DNA of 63,246 nt, the filler included, from Kipferlia bialata (lineage: Eukaryota), in assembly GCA_003568945.1 (NCBI GenBank). It is 4 parts of 4 records of this genome, joined end to end, with 100 filler letters (N's around TTAATTAATTAA, not from the genome) between each part and the next. Parts side by side here need not be neighbours in the genome. Positions count along the whole stretch, not along the records: positions 22,145 to 44,133 come from BDIP01000310.1; positions 44,234 to 58,719 come from BDIP01000367.1; 2 more parts are not named here. One strand, 5' to 3'. The notes below the pieces were generated by a model, which was not told the origin of the DNA, searched no databases, and was given only the letters and a program-made list of their open reading frames with translations. A program made the position numbers and the translations under genes. Shown piece by piece: positions 38,870 to 51,444 of the stretch (positions within the stretch are counted from its first letter, which is position 1; every line of letters starts with the position of its first letter).

Positions 38870-41569
38870 ATGCCCCGCAAGGTGGCAATGTCGTCCCGGC
38901 CTAACTCTCAGCACCTCTCCAGGGGGAAGAATACACTCAATCGTCGCTCCAGCCCAGCCCTCCCTCGTCTGACCCCACCTGTGTCGCCCTCGACCCCCCA
39001 TGCCGTGCTGGAGGTGCTGCCTGCTGACATGGAGCTGTCCCTAGGGGGGGCCGGGGCAAGGGAGTCTGAGTGGGTGAGAATGGGGCCCGACACCGACGTG
39101 GTCAGTCCCGACGGCTATGTGGTGAGGGTGAGGGGGGAGAGCGAGGGAGAGGACACCGAGGATGGGGAGAGTGAGGTGGAGTGTGACCCCCCTACCACCC
39201 ACCGTCCCATGGTCTCTACCCACATGCCCGGCCTCAGAAGCAGTGCCATCCTAGCCATGACCCCCGACCTCGGCCTGTCCCACCCCCCATTAGCATATGG
39301 GAGTGGTGCCCAGCCCCCCCTCTCCCCTACCTGGGGTCTGCAACGCAGTCCCAGCCACCTGTCCTATGATGCCCTGGTGCAGAGGCAGAGGGAAAGGGAT
39401 AGGCAGAGGGAGGAGGGAGAGGGAGGGAGGGAGAGTGGGACATCAGGCAGCGACTCAGGTGGAGGGATGGTGGGTAGCAAGCCCTGGCCCAGTCTGGAGG
39501 AGCTGACCCTTGCCGCGTCTGTGTCTGAGAGACAGTTCCAGATGGTGGTGGGCAAGGTGGCAGGGATAGAGAGGACCCTGGAGAGAGACAGGGAACGGGG
39601 GAGAGAGAGGGAGAGGGAGAGGGAGAGGCTGCGCCGGATGGAGAGAGGCCGGCGTCTGTGCCAGGATATGGAGGCCCAGGCCAGGCGGAAGGCAAGGGCG
39701 GGCACCCGCAGGCCACAACTGGGGGTGGTCGGACCCCCTGCCCCCCCCGCCCCCAGGAGGAGAGAGAGAGCCCCGCCCTCCGATGCACAGATGCACAGGA
39801 GGTACAGGCGGCGGATGCAGGCTGACGCAAGGGGGAGGATCAGGAGACAGAAGGGGTATGCGAAGGAGGATGAGAGGCTGAGGAGACAGGAGGAGAAGGA
39901 GGATGCCCGGATAGCTGCCAGCCACGCACGTGCTGACCACTGGTGGAAGCAGGACAAGCGGAGACGGCTCTGCCTTGGGTTAGGGTGTGTGTGTGTGCTC
40001 CTGTCGGCTCTATATGTAGGGTATAGGAGTGTGTCTGCATGGAGTGTATCCTCTGGGGACCCCCTATTTGACCCTCCCTCCCTGCTTGTGCTGTATGTGT
40101 GTCTCTCCCTGTCTCTCGAGGCTCTCAGCTGCTGCGGGGCCATCCGCCTGGCAGTCTGTGTGCATCTGACCAGGTGGAGCACCCTCCTCTCCACCCTATT
40201 CTCTGTTGTCAGGGTGCTGCCGTGGGACAGGGCGTGGGGTGCCTCCCAGACCCTGTCCAACATGGCAGAGGCAACTGGCCTCACGGGCCTCATTACTGCT
40301 CTCTGCCTCTTCTACCCAGGCTCTGGTAGCTCTCTGGCTGTGTCAGTGTGTGTCCTGCCCCTTCTTCAGCTGGGTGCCGCATCTGCGTTCTCCTGCCTCG
40401 AGCGACGCCCCCTGCTAGTGTCCCTCATTGCCACCTTCACCCTGGGCATGGGGACCTGTGCATGTGCAGGGGCCGGAGGGGGGGGGGCGAGTGTCAGCCG
40501 AAGGATGCCTCAGGGCATCGGTGTCAGACGCAGGGTCAGTCCGAGTCTCACCAGTAGCCGTACCAGCATCACTCTTGCCCACCCTTCGAGGCTGCCCACC
40601 CTTCGTGGCACCCTGTCTCCCTCTGACCTAGGCCCTGGCAGTGCCCCTCACACAGCCGCTGGGGCTGGTGGGGATGGGCTGGTGGCTGGGCCTGCCATCG
40701 ACAGACACGGTAGCCTACTCGACTCCATTTACAGGTAGATATATATGTATGGGTATGGTGTATGCAAGTGGGGTATATACATCCTCTTGAGTTGTCTTGA
40801 TGCATACACTTGATATCCGTCATTGTGTCTCCTCCCCACCCTCAGGCTGGGCCCCGGCTATGCACTGGACCCTTCCGTCGAGACCCACCACGTCATACGC
40901 ATGCTGCCTGTCCCTGGCCATGGGTGGGGTGGGGGCAGTGTCAGTAAGGCCCTGCTGGCAGCTGTGACAGAGGTGTTTGTGGGACTGGAGGGGACTGCCG
41001 TCTTCCGCGGCTCTGTCACCAGGCCCCGACTGAGGTGGGGCATCCGGCGCTTTGGGGCCTATGCCACCCCCCTCTTCGGCCACTGTGTCGTGGATGTGCA
41101 CTTCACCCCCCGCCCCCTGCACACAAGGGGTGGGTGTGAGCCAGTGGAGGGGGACGACTCCGATGTCGAGCGGCTCTTGACTGCTAGAGATGTCAGGGTG
41201 CAGGTGGAGAGAGTGACGGTGGCAATCAAACGCATCGATCGCTCGCCCACCAGGCGTGACCTCCCTCCCCTGATATCCCATGCGTGGGTGCTGTCGCCTA
41301 GTCTCCCTGGCAGTGCAAGGAGAAGAGTGGACACCTTCATCGCCCCTAGCATTGGCGGCGGGTACTCTCGGACAGAGGCGAGAGTGGAGAGACAGAGGGC
41401 AAGGGCCGAGAGACATGCGATGCTGGCCGAGGACAGATCGGCTAGGGAGGTGGCAATAGGGGCTGCGTGTACGGCCAGGGAGGAAGATATTGCAGCGGCC
41501 CATACAAGACACTTGGCGAGGTCGATGCTGAGTATTCTGTCCCACAGTCCCAAGACCAAGAAGAGATAA
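38870..41569 (+). CDS. Hypothetical multi-pass membrane protein with disordered/coiled-coil N-terminus
   Basis: Exon 38870-40734 (phase 2) joins exon 40846-41569 in frame (IYR|LGPGY). There are several hydrophobic segments at ~39970-40460. The start codon is uncertain. Confidence 0.65.
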
Positions 41570-41735
41570 GACTCGCAAGGGGGGGGTGGAGACCCATTGT
41601 AACCGTTGTAATTGTATTTCTATGTATCAGTATAACCAATATGTATCATAAAAGACTACTATTATTTGTGCCATTGTCAATTCTATTGCACCGGTTTCCG
41701 GTGACTGTCAACACAAGTATGGTATAATTACACTG

Positions 41736-44021
41736 TTACACACTCTCCCCCTGTTCCCCTTCCTCATACTCCCCAAATATCCTCTTTTGCTCCCTGTCAC
41801 ATGCAAACACGGCCAGATAGGTGGCACACAGGGCCACGCCTGACTCTACGCATATAATGATGGGTACAGAGGTGGGGTGGGAGTCGAACAGGGCGCCCCC
41901 GGCCACACTGTTAATAGTCATTGCCAGATTGAAGCCGGAGTACCCCAGCATCATGGAGAGGGGGAGGAGAGACGGGGGGCACACCCTGGGCGTCAAGGCA
42001 TACACAGAAGGGGAGGCGAATACATATGTACGGGTAGATGTATTGATGGGGTGGTACCTCTCGAGCAGCGGGAGGGCCAGACTCCCTGAGGCAAACCCAA
42101 GGCCCTTGCACACGAGGGTGATGCTGGGGTGAGGGGCAGGGTGACGCATATGCTGATGGATGGGCACCCACAATACATCCGACACTCCTAATCAGCCATA
42201 CACCTAGACATACACATAGACATAGACATACACATAGACATAGACATAGACATACACCTAGACATCTCTCATACCTGATGATCCAGAGGGGGAGGGTCTC
42301 TCCAAAGCAGAACACGGCGTCCCCCAACACACCCAGCACACTAAAGACCAGGGCCCACAGGACCAGGTACCTTCTGGGGTGGGAGGGAGATGGAGAGCAG
42401 GGGAGGGGGGGGGCACCCTAGAAGCCATGTCTACCTTGGCATGATAAGGGGGAGCACATTCCCCACGGCATTGGCCAGGAATGCAGGCACCAGCACCTGG
42501 GCAGCCTCATCGTCGGCAAGGCCTAAGGGGTGAGGGAGAAGAAAGGGCAGGAGTAACAGTGCAGTATTTGATAGCAGTATCTCACGCACCCTGGAACTCG
42601 ACCATGAGCAGAGGCCCAAAGGTGGAAAAGGTGTAGAATGCGGCGAATGTGCCGGCAATCGACAGACACAGCATGTAGGACTGGAACGAGAGAGACTGTA
42701 GGGGAGAGAGGGCGGCAGATACACGAGCCCTGATGGTCGGTGGCACAGCTGACTCGCTTCTCACATCCTTCCCCGCTCTCTCTAGGTCCTCTAGCGCTGC
42801 AGACACTCCCACAAGTACATTCGCATCAGACTGTATTGTGTCATGACCTCCACCCCTACCGGCTCTCTCCCTACCCTCTCCCTCTGATTCTGCGCCTCCG
42901 TCCTCCGTCTCTGCTTCCTGCGCACCCAGCTCCTCCAGGTCTGCCCACCCCACCTCTGCCTCAGAGGCCGTGGGGGAGGGGGTGGTGCCCATTGGCTGGC
43001 AGACCATGTCGTGCACCACGGGCACATCACTGCTGGACCCATCGCTGATGACGTCCCCGTCCACCATATCGAGGTGGGAGACGTCTACAGACTGCACCGA
43101 CCCCAGCACAGACTCCACTCCCTCTCTGGCCCGGGTCTCGGCCTGCACAGTGGACCACATCCTAGGGGTAAGGGGGTAATTGGGGGGGGTGTATACATAC
43201 AACTCACTTGCTGGCAATGCCTACAAACAGTGCCCCCAGGACCCCTGCCAGGGCTGTCATGTTGAGGGAGGGAATGAGACCCAGGGTGTCTGTCAGAGTA
43301 GGCATGTAGCGGTATGTACCCGCACTGCTGAGCCTTGCGATGCCAATAAAGGCCGCCCACATCCCTTCGGAGTCAGCTGAGACACATACACTGAGACCTT
43401 TCACTACACACTCTGATACTATGCTGTATGAGTGTACCTTGCTGCAGGGCAGAGCTGTGTCCCTTGAACAACACCAGCACCAGGGACTCGAGAGAGGCAA
43501 TGTAGCTGTCACCTGGAGTGGGTAGGATACATGGATATGGAGTACACACACATATACACATATATGTATAGAGCAGAAGAAGAAGAAGAATGCAGGACTT
43601 TCCGTACAAACACAACACATTGTATGGGAGAGGGGAACTATATCGCATGGGAGAGTATATCCAAGGGTAGACTCCCGAGGCAGCGTACCGACCATGCCGA
43701 GAAGGGCTCTGGACACACAGAGCATTGTCCAGGAGGGGGTGGGTAGAAGGGCTGACCCAGCTAGGAGGCACACAGACAGTGTGAAGACCACCCCACAGAC
43801 CCTGAGCAGCACCACTAGGCCATACTTTGCAGAGAGGAGGCCGAGGACGGTGGGGGAGAAGATGGAAAAGACACCCATTGTACCTGGGGGTGGGGATTGG
43901 ACAGAGACAGTCGGGTGGTGAATATATCAATATATATACATGGACTCACTTGTAATGAAGCTGTACTGCAGCTCTGACACCCCGAAGGTATCGATGAGAT
44001 AGAGGGACAGCGCATAGGGCA
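41736..44021 (-). CDS. Major facilitator superfamily transporter, 5' truncated at the scaffold end
   Basis: Exons VPYALSLYLIDTFGVSELQYSFIT, GVFSIFSPTVLGLLSAKYGLVVLL, ALQQGRAVSL region, MWAAFIGIARLSSA, SYMLCLSIAGTFAAFYTFSTFGP, GLGFASGSL, VYALTPRVCPP..MLGYSGFNLAMTINSVAGGALFD. The layout is two TM bundles separated by a long acidic loop. Confidence 0.8.
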
Positions 44022-44082
44022 CCTGGGGTCGGATGGGGTTGAGCAGGAGGGTCATCGAGGACTCGGTGAGTGTATTGACGGG

Positions 44083-44119
<37 letters not shown>

Positions 44120-44133
44120 AAACTTCCCTGGTT

Positions 44134-44233
44134 NNNNNNNNNNNNNNNNNNNNNNNNNNNNNNNNNNNNNNNNNNNNTTAATTAATTAANNNNNNNNNNN
44201 NNNNNNNNNNNNNNNNNNNNNNNNNNNNNNNNN
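44134..44233. other. Artificial scaffold-joining linker
   Basis: TTAATTAATTAA at 44178-44189 flanked by 44 N on each side. Confidence 0.95.
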
Positions 44234-44289
44234 AAAAGAAAAAGGGGGGGGGGGGGGGGGGGGGGGGGGAGAGAGAGAGAGAGAAATAC

Positions 44290-44402
44290 CTTGGCGATCA
44301 GGGTGAAGGCAGCGGAGATGGCGGGGAATCCTGAGAGTTAGAGCAGCAGTATAGAGAAGTAACACTTATAATAACTAGGTATGTGACTATTGCACACTGA
44401 TT

Positions 44403-44436
<34 letters not shown>

Positions 44437-45115
44437 TACGCACCCTCCTCGCGGGCAGTCTGGGCGAACTTGGGGTAGAGCAGGGTCCACTCCTCGTTCT
44501 CTCCACCTGGAGGTTAGGAACATAATATATGGCAATCCATATGTATAGCATACATAGTTAGTAACTATAGGGTAGTGTCGGAGGGTCCACTCCTCGTTCT
44601 CTCCACCTAGGCATGAGTATGTGTATATACATATATAATCTATTCTATATACTATATATCCACAATCAGGATATATATATATATGTCAGGGTCCACTCCT
44701 CGTTCTCTCCACCTGGGAATGAGTATGTGTAACTACTGCCCAATGCAAAGTAGACACATGCACACACACATAACTATATACATGTATGTGTATATACATA
44801 CCTGCAGCGGCGGCGAGGTTCTGCCTGGTGTTTCCGATGACGCCGGAGGGGTAGGCGGCGGTGATCTGGAGTGAGATAGGGGAGAGAGAGGGGGGGGAGG
44901 GTCAGAGAGAAAGAGGAGAGTGACTGGAGGGGTAGGCGGTGGAGATCTGGGAGATCATTATATGTTAGCAGCGAGATAGTGAGAAAAAACACTCATTGGG
45001 TGAAGGGGAAGATAATGGAATACCTAATCATGGTAGATATACCTCGCACTCACTGCCAGACTCGAGGAAGCGGAAGAGAGTGAAACTAGGTGGATGCAAT
45101 AGTATTATATTATAT

Positions 45116-45159
<44 letters not shown>

Positions 45160-46038
45160 CGCACTCACTGCCAGACTCGAGGAAGCGGAAGAACTTCTTG
45201 GCGTGCTCCTTCTCCTGAGGGTGAGAGTGGATACATATATGTATATATATAATCAGAGGTATAAAGGAGAAGAGAGAGACGGTGAGACTTGATGGGAACT
45301 TCTTGGCGTGCTCCTTCTCCTGACCGGATACACATATAACAACAATGGGATATGCTTAGGCATGGATCGCGAGGGAGTGAAGTTACATGCGAAACTAGTA
45401 GAGAGGAAAGACCGGAGCGGGGGAGGGGGGGAGCAAACTGCATTCGCGGGAATATACACATAGACATATGTATATATATATATACATAGGGAGAAGAAGT
45501 CTCAAGAGAGAGAGATGAGATCTGGCACCTGATCGGCAGTGATCTGGAAGACGGCGCTGATCTGCTCGTATCCTTCCTTCTTGGCAACCTTGGCAAACAT
45601 CTCATACCTACGGTGAGGGTATGACTAATATAAATGAAGAGAGAGGGAGAGAGATCTAAGTGGATATTTGGGAGTCCCTACTTCTTGGCAACCTTGGCAA
45701 ACATCTCATACCTATGGTGAGGGGTATAGAAGAGATAGAGAGAGAGGGAGAGAGAGAGGTCTAAGTAGTATAACTGAAGAGTCCCTCCTTCTTCGCAACC
45801 TTGGCGAACATCTCGTACCTGTCTGTAAGATATGACACACTATAGCACAATCCTACAGCACACAACTGCTCCAGAAGCCAAAACACATGATGCGTATCTT
45901 GGGCAAACCCTCTATCCATACAATGCATCCTATGCACTATAATCAGCAGCCTCACCTCATCCTGGCCTGGGACTCCCCAGCAAAGGACTTCAGGAGGTTC
46001 TTCTCGGTCTCGGTTCCAGTGACAGACTTGGTGGACAT
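44290..46038 (-). CDS. rbr: Rubrerythrin (diiron ferritin-like peroxidase), 3' truncated at the scaffold end
   Basis: Exons 46038-45956, 45607-45529, 45214-45158, 44865-44802, 44506-44444 and 44330-44290 give MSTKSVTGTETEKNLLKSFAGESQARMRYEMFAKVAKKEGYEQISAVFQITADQEKEHAKKFFRFL...ITAAYPSGVIGNTRQNLAAAAGGENEEWTLLYPKFAQTAREEGFPAISAAFTLIAK. Diiron ligand motifs GESQA, EKEH and ENEE are present. Confidence 0.93.
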
Positions 46039-46590
46039 CTCGAAAGAAGAAGAAGCAGGCCTTGCAAGGTGAGGGTCGATGAACTCCTGGCCACAAAGTT
46101 GGTTCAACCCTCAATTCTCAACAACTCCTCACTTTTCGAGAAGACGTCTATGATCCTTGACTCCAGTTCTGCAAGCAGCAACATTGCCCCCAGACATATA
46201 TTAACGAATATACGATTACTGACTCTCCTCCCACTACCAATGTGGTCCTCTTCTTGACAGAGGTGCAGTATTGCTTTCTCTGTGTATTATCGTATGAGAG
46301 CCACATACTTGAAACACTGTAAGCATCTTCTTCTTCTACCGCTACCGCTGCGCCTCCTCCTTGTCACCACCTTCTTGTCAAGAATACGCAACATTGCTTC
46401 TCCTATATTATCGTACCAGATAGCAACTTCCCATAAGTACTTAGAATGGTAGCAAGTATATATACTGATCACCGCTGGACCCTCCTCCGTGGCACCACCT
46501 TCTTGACCACCCTGACGAGAAGGACCACTATCTAATTTCCTTTATGGTGCCAGTGCAACACTACTCATAAGACTGTAAGTATACAGCCGA

Positions 46591-46775
46591 CTACCGCTGT
46601 GCCCTCCTCCTAGGCACCACCTTCTTGACCACCCTGAGGGGGAACTCCTTGACATAGGCCTTGTAGGACTGATATTAGTGTTGAGGTAAGTAGACTGTAA
46701 TACTGTGTACTACTGTATGTGTAATTCATATTTATATACTTGAAGATGAGTGCAAAGTGCGCGATGATTATGTAT

Positions 46776-46808
<33 letters not shown>

Positions 46809-49800
46809 CGCCATGTAGGCCTGGGTGTTAGAGGATAAATGTGATGAAAGTGGTATGTTCACTGTTCGCATATGAAACCCTTCTCCACTCCGACGAGTTC
46901 CCCAATATACTAATAATTATATATATACTCTTACTGTCGAGTACTAGTGGGCAGTGAAAGATTCTGATGTCTGGCTATGGATAGTAGAACCTCGATATCC
47001 TCCTCAATCTCTACATACTCTTTCTCTCTCTCTATATAAATTAGTTCCTTTGCCTATATATATATATATATTAGTGTATATGTATGTACACATATACACT
47101 ACCTGACCCCCGATATCCTCCTCAATCTCCATCCTGGCAATCTCCTCAAACTCATGATACTTTCTTTCTCTCTATCTCTATATATATATATGCATGGTAC
47201 CCATATAGTAACTATATATAGTATATATGTCTATATACCTCTATGTCCTCCTCAATCTCCATCCTGGCCATCTCCTCAATCTCAGCATCCGTCTTCTCCA
47301 TGGCTGAGGGGTAAGAAATAGTAACACACTAGGGGAGCCGCGTACATATTATTCAATTATTATGCGGTTGCCGTACCTTCTCCCATGTCTCCCATCACGT
47401 CCTTTAGTGCCTGTCTCCTCTTGTGCCACATCCGCATGATCTTGGCATACCTGGGGTAAGGTATATATATATATATATATTTATGTAATAACACCCACAC
47501 ACACACACATATATACATAAGTATAATATACATATGTATATATATGTTCATACACAAAGGAGAGAGGAAGAGCTGCAAATATACATCTTCCACATCCGCA
47601 TGATCTTGGCATACCTGGGGTGAGATACATGTATATATATATAGTATACATATGTCCACACATTAAGGAGAGAGGCAGAGCTGCATGTAAATTCTTCCAC
47701 AGTCTCATGATCTTGGCATACCTGAAATGAGATATAGATTCATATATTAGTGTATATTAGGCCTAATAAGAATGTAGAATATTGCAATTACTCTTCTGTT
47801 ACATCCTCATTGGAGACAATTACACTTATGTGTCTTTAGTATACTATGGGTATATATGTATAAACACACATATATATAGCCTGTATGCCACTTACTCTGC
47901 ATGGAGGGCATCGGCCTCTGGCTCGGTCAGACAGCCTGAGGAGTGAGGCAAACGATGAGACGTAGGAACGAGAGAGGGCGAAATTGCATGACTAGAACAC
48001 TTATCTATTCCAACACACACGTACCCTGTGCCTTTGTCTCTGCCACCTGCTCCTTGACTGTCTCAAGCTGGGCCTGGTATGAGGGGTTAGATATAGGCAA
48101 TGATAAATATATATGGATTCTCTCCAGCTGCGCCTGGGGTCAGTGTGAGTATCAGTATACATATACAGATAGGCATACGTTGGTACCTCTCCTGCGTGTC
48201 TGGTATCTGGTCACTATACATACATACGTATACGGTAGAACTCTAATTCTATACATGACTGATTGATAGATAGAGATACCGTACCTGGTATCTGGCGCAT
48301 TCCTCCTTGAGGGTCTCAGTTGGGGGCTGGGCTGGGGGTGAATTAATACATATGAGTGTATGAATATATGTACATATATATATACATTTACACTTGGATA
48401 AAGTGGTGGAGGGCTGGGCTGGGGGAGAATATATATATGTGTGTATATATATATGTACACTAGGAATAGATAGTGTGGGGCAGGGCTGGGGGTGAGTAAG
48501 AATATACACATGTATAGAATTCGAGAACAGAAAATGGAAGGTGGGGGTGGTTGAGGGGCAATTCTATATATATATACACACACATATAACTAACCCATCA
48601 ACTTCTGGTGCTGTGCCTTGACCTCTCTCTTTCTCTCTCTCCCTCTCTCTCATTTTTTCTCACTCTCTTCCATTATTGTGGTATACATACATACCCATCA
48701 AATTCTGGTGCTATGCCTTGGCCTCTGCCACTACTTCCAAAATTTAGTATACACACACTCACACATGTAATAAGGTACGCATTTCTACACACACACATAT
48801 ATATATACAAATTTGTGTATGGATATATTGTATATATATGAATAAGCGTACCCATCAACTTCTGGTGCTGGGCCTTGGCCTCTGCCACTGCAGCAGTCAG
48901 CTCCTTGAACCTGGCCTCAAGCTCCTACGTGTCAGAGTATATGATTAGATATATGTATAGACATGATTGGATACATAGATACTGTCAGCTCCTTGAACCT
49001 GGCCTCTAGCTCCTAGGGTTAGTATACATATACACATACTTGTGAATATATGTAGATGAATAGATATATTGAGGGTATGGACCTGGCCCCACGCTCCTAG
49101 AGAGTTAGACGTAGGTATTTGGCCCTCTTCAATTGCTAGGTGTAATTGCAGATGACTCATAGTATAATAGTAACACTACCTGGTTGGACTGTATCATTGC
49201 ATTCAGCTCCTCCTGGGGCATGACATCAATAGTCTCCTGGTTGAGGACCCAGACCTGTGTGAGATATGATATGTTGAGTATTTAGTATGAAAACATATTC
49301 TTCTACATTTAAGAATGAATAGTGACATCGATGGTTTCCTGGTTAAGCACCCAGACCTAACGGATTAGATATAGTGTAAGGCATATATACATTTATACAT
49401 ATATATATATATATATTTATACATATATATATTAATATATATATATATACATTAGTTTCTAACATATAATCATAGAAAAACATGATAGAGCATTACTAAC
49501 ATCGATGGTCTCCTGGTTAAGGACCCACACCTGAGTTAAGAACAGAATACCAGTGACATATGAATACTACGCAGGTCACTCCATAACCTTAGATGCATAG
49601 CTGAACTCTGTCGATATATACTATTGCTGAATAATTCTTAATATGTATATTATAGCACTAGTGGTATACCTTAGATGCAGAGCTGAACTCTGTGTATGTC
49701 AGGTCACCAGTGGCTGTCAGGGCCTCAAGGGCCTTCTTGACCTGGGATAAGCTATGAATGCATATATATACAATATATACATATATATATATATATGTGG

Positions 49801-50486
49801 GTACTGGTGTATTAGTAATGATGGTATAACTACAGTGGCTGTCAGGGCCTCGAGGGCCTTCTTGACCTGGTGTTAGTAATGAATGCTTATATATACAATA
49901 TATACACATAAATATATGTGGGTGCTGGTGTATTAGTAGTGATGGTATTAGTACAGTGGCTGTCAGGGCCTCGAGGGCCTTCTTGACCTAATATTAATGT
50001 GTTGATAGACTTCCATATAGTGAGTTAAGCAAATAGAGAGTGATAAGGGGATATGCTATATAGAGAGTGATACTGACAGTCAGGGCCTCTAGGGCCTTCT
50101 TGACCTAGAGTAAGATGCAATAATATACACCCATTTCCAGACCAGTACAGAAAGAGTGATATGCGTATAATCTATAGTATATTGAGAGATATACTGGCTG
50201 TCAGGGCATTCTTGAGGAGTGGATGGGGTGAGATGCAATGATTTACTTATGTATCAAGCATAGTATACATGCATATGTAGTATATAGAGTCGTGTATATC
50301 TGTGGATTTTTGAGAATTATACTGACTGTCAAGGCCTTCTTGACCTATACGTTAATATATATACATGTATATACGTTATTATATACCTGTGTCTTTGTGT
50401 ACACTCCAGCCAGTCTGTCAACAGCACACTGGAGGTTGTGGGGTGTGTTGCTGTTGGTCATCATCTCTAGGACAGCGCGCTGGACT
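46591..50486 (-). CDS. HOP2: Hop2 (TBPIP/PSMC3IP) meiotic recombination factor; N-terminus uncertain near the N gap
   Basis: Spliced product VQRAVLEMMTNSNTPHNLQCAVDRLAGVYTKTQ|VKKALEALTATGDLTYTEFSSASK|VWVLNQETI... is winged-helix-like (cf. YL..QNRPY...K..V.KALE.L...G.I..K..GK.KIY..NQ). It is followed by a coiled coil, YAKIMRMWHKRRQALKDVM and EEMARMEIEEDIG. Confidence 0.72.
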
Positions 50487-51444
50487 AGTGTAAGAGAGAG
50501 ATTTTAGGTATATGAATGAATGTACATGCATATAGAGAGAGTGAGGGACAGCACGCTGGACTGGTATTAGATATATAGGGGGGGGGGGGGGGGGGTTTTT
50601 ATGGGGAGACACCCAACNNNNNNNNNNNNNNNNNNNNNNNNNNNNNNNACAGGAGGTGTGGGTGGGGGGGGGGGGGGGGGGGGGGGGGAGGGGGTTACTT
50701 GGGGTAAGAGATAGAAGTGAAGCAAAGACTGAACGTGAGGAGAGAGAGAGAGACAGAGAGAGACAGAGAACAATCAGGCTCAAACACACTGGTACATAGG
50801 GAAAATGTGGGGGGGAGGTTGACCTTGGTTATATGAGGGAGAGAGAGAAATTATGTCTAGAGTAGAAAGAACCTGGATTATATGACACTCATATCCATCT
50901 GGAAGTAACCGTGTCAGTGAATGGCATCAAGAGATTATATGTACATGTAGAAAGGACAGATAGAGACAACTTATCAGAGAGAGAGAGAGAGACTGTATAT
51001 ATACCTGGAAGTCTATGATTGTGTCACTGAATAATACTGAGAGAGATACAGATAGGGACAACCTATCAGAGAGACACCAGGAGAGAATCCACATTGGTAA
51101 TGTATACATTTATACCTGGAAGTCTATGATTGTGTCATTGAATGACTTTGGGGCACCGTCTACACCCCCAGCCTCGGCAGCTAGTGTGAGCAAGCCGTTA
51201 AGCCGCATAGCTTACGGAGCTCAGTGTGTCTATACACACGGTATATAACAGAGCCAGATCTCGGTCCTCTTTTTGGCACGGTTTGATGATCGGTGTAGAC
51301 AAAGGGTTTAGATATAATACACTCAATCCAACTCGCTCCCACTCTTCTTGTCTGCTATAGGTGTATACAGCCTTCTGACTCTCTACAGGAGGGTCTACAG
51401 AGAGTATACAGTAGTCAGAGTGAGCTGCAACAGCAGTGGTCACT

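Noticed and set aside
39364..41578. Long antisense ORFs (309 and 252 aa) and similar shadow ORFs opposite PEPCK, KARS and the giant gene
   Set aside because: Expected by-products of GC-rich coding sequence on the other strand, with no motifs.
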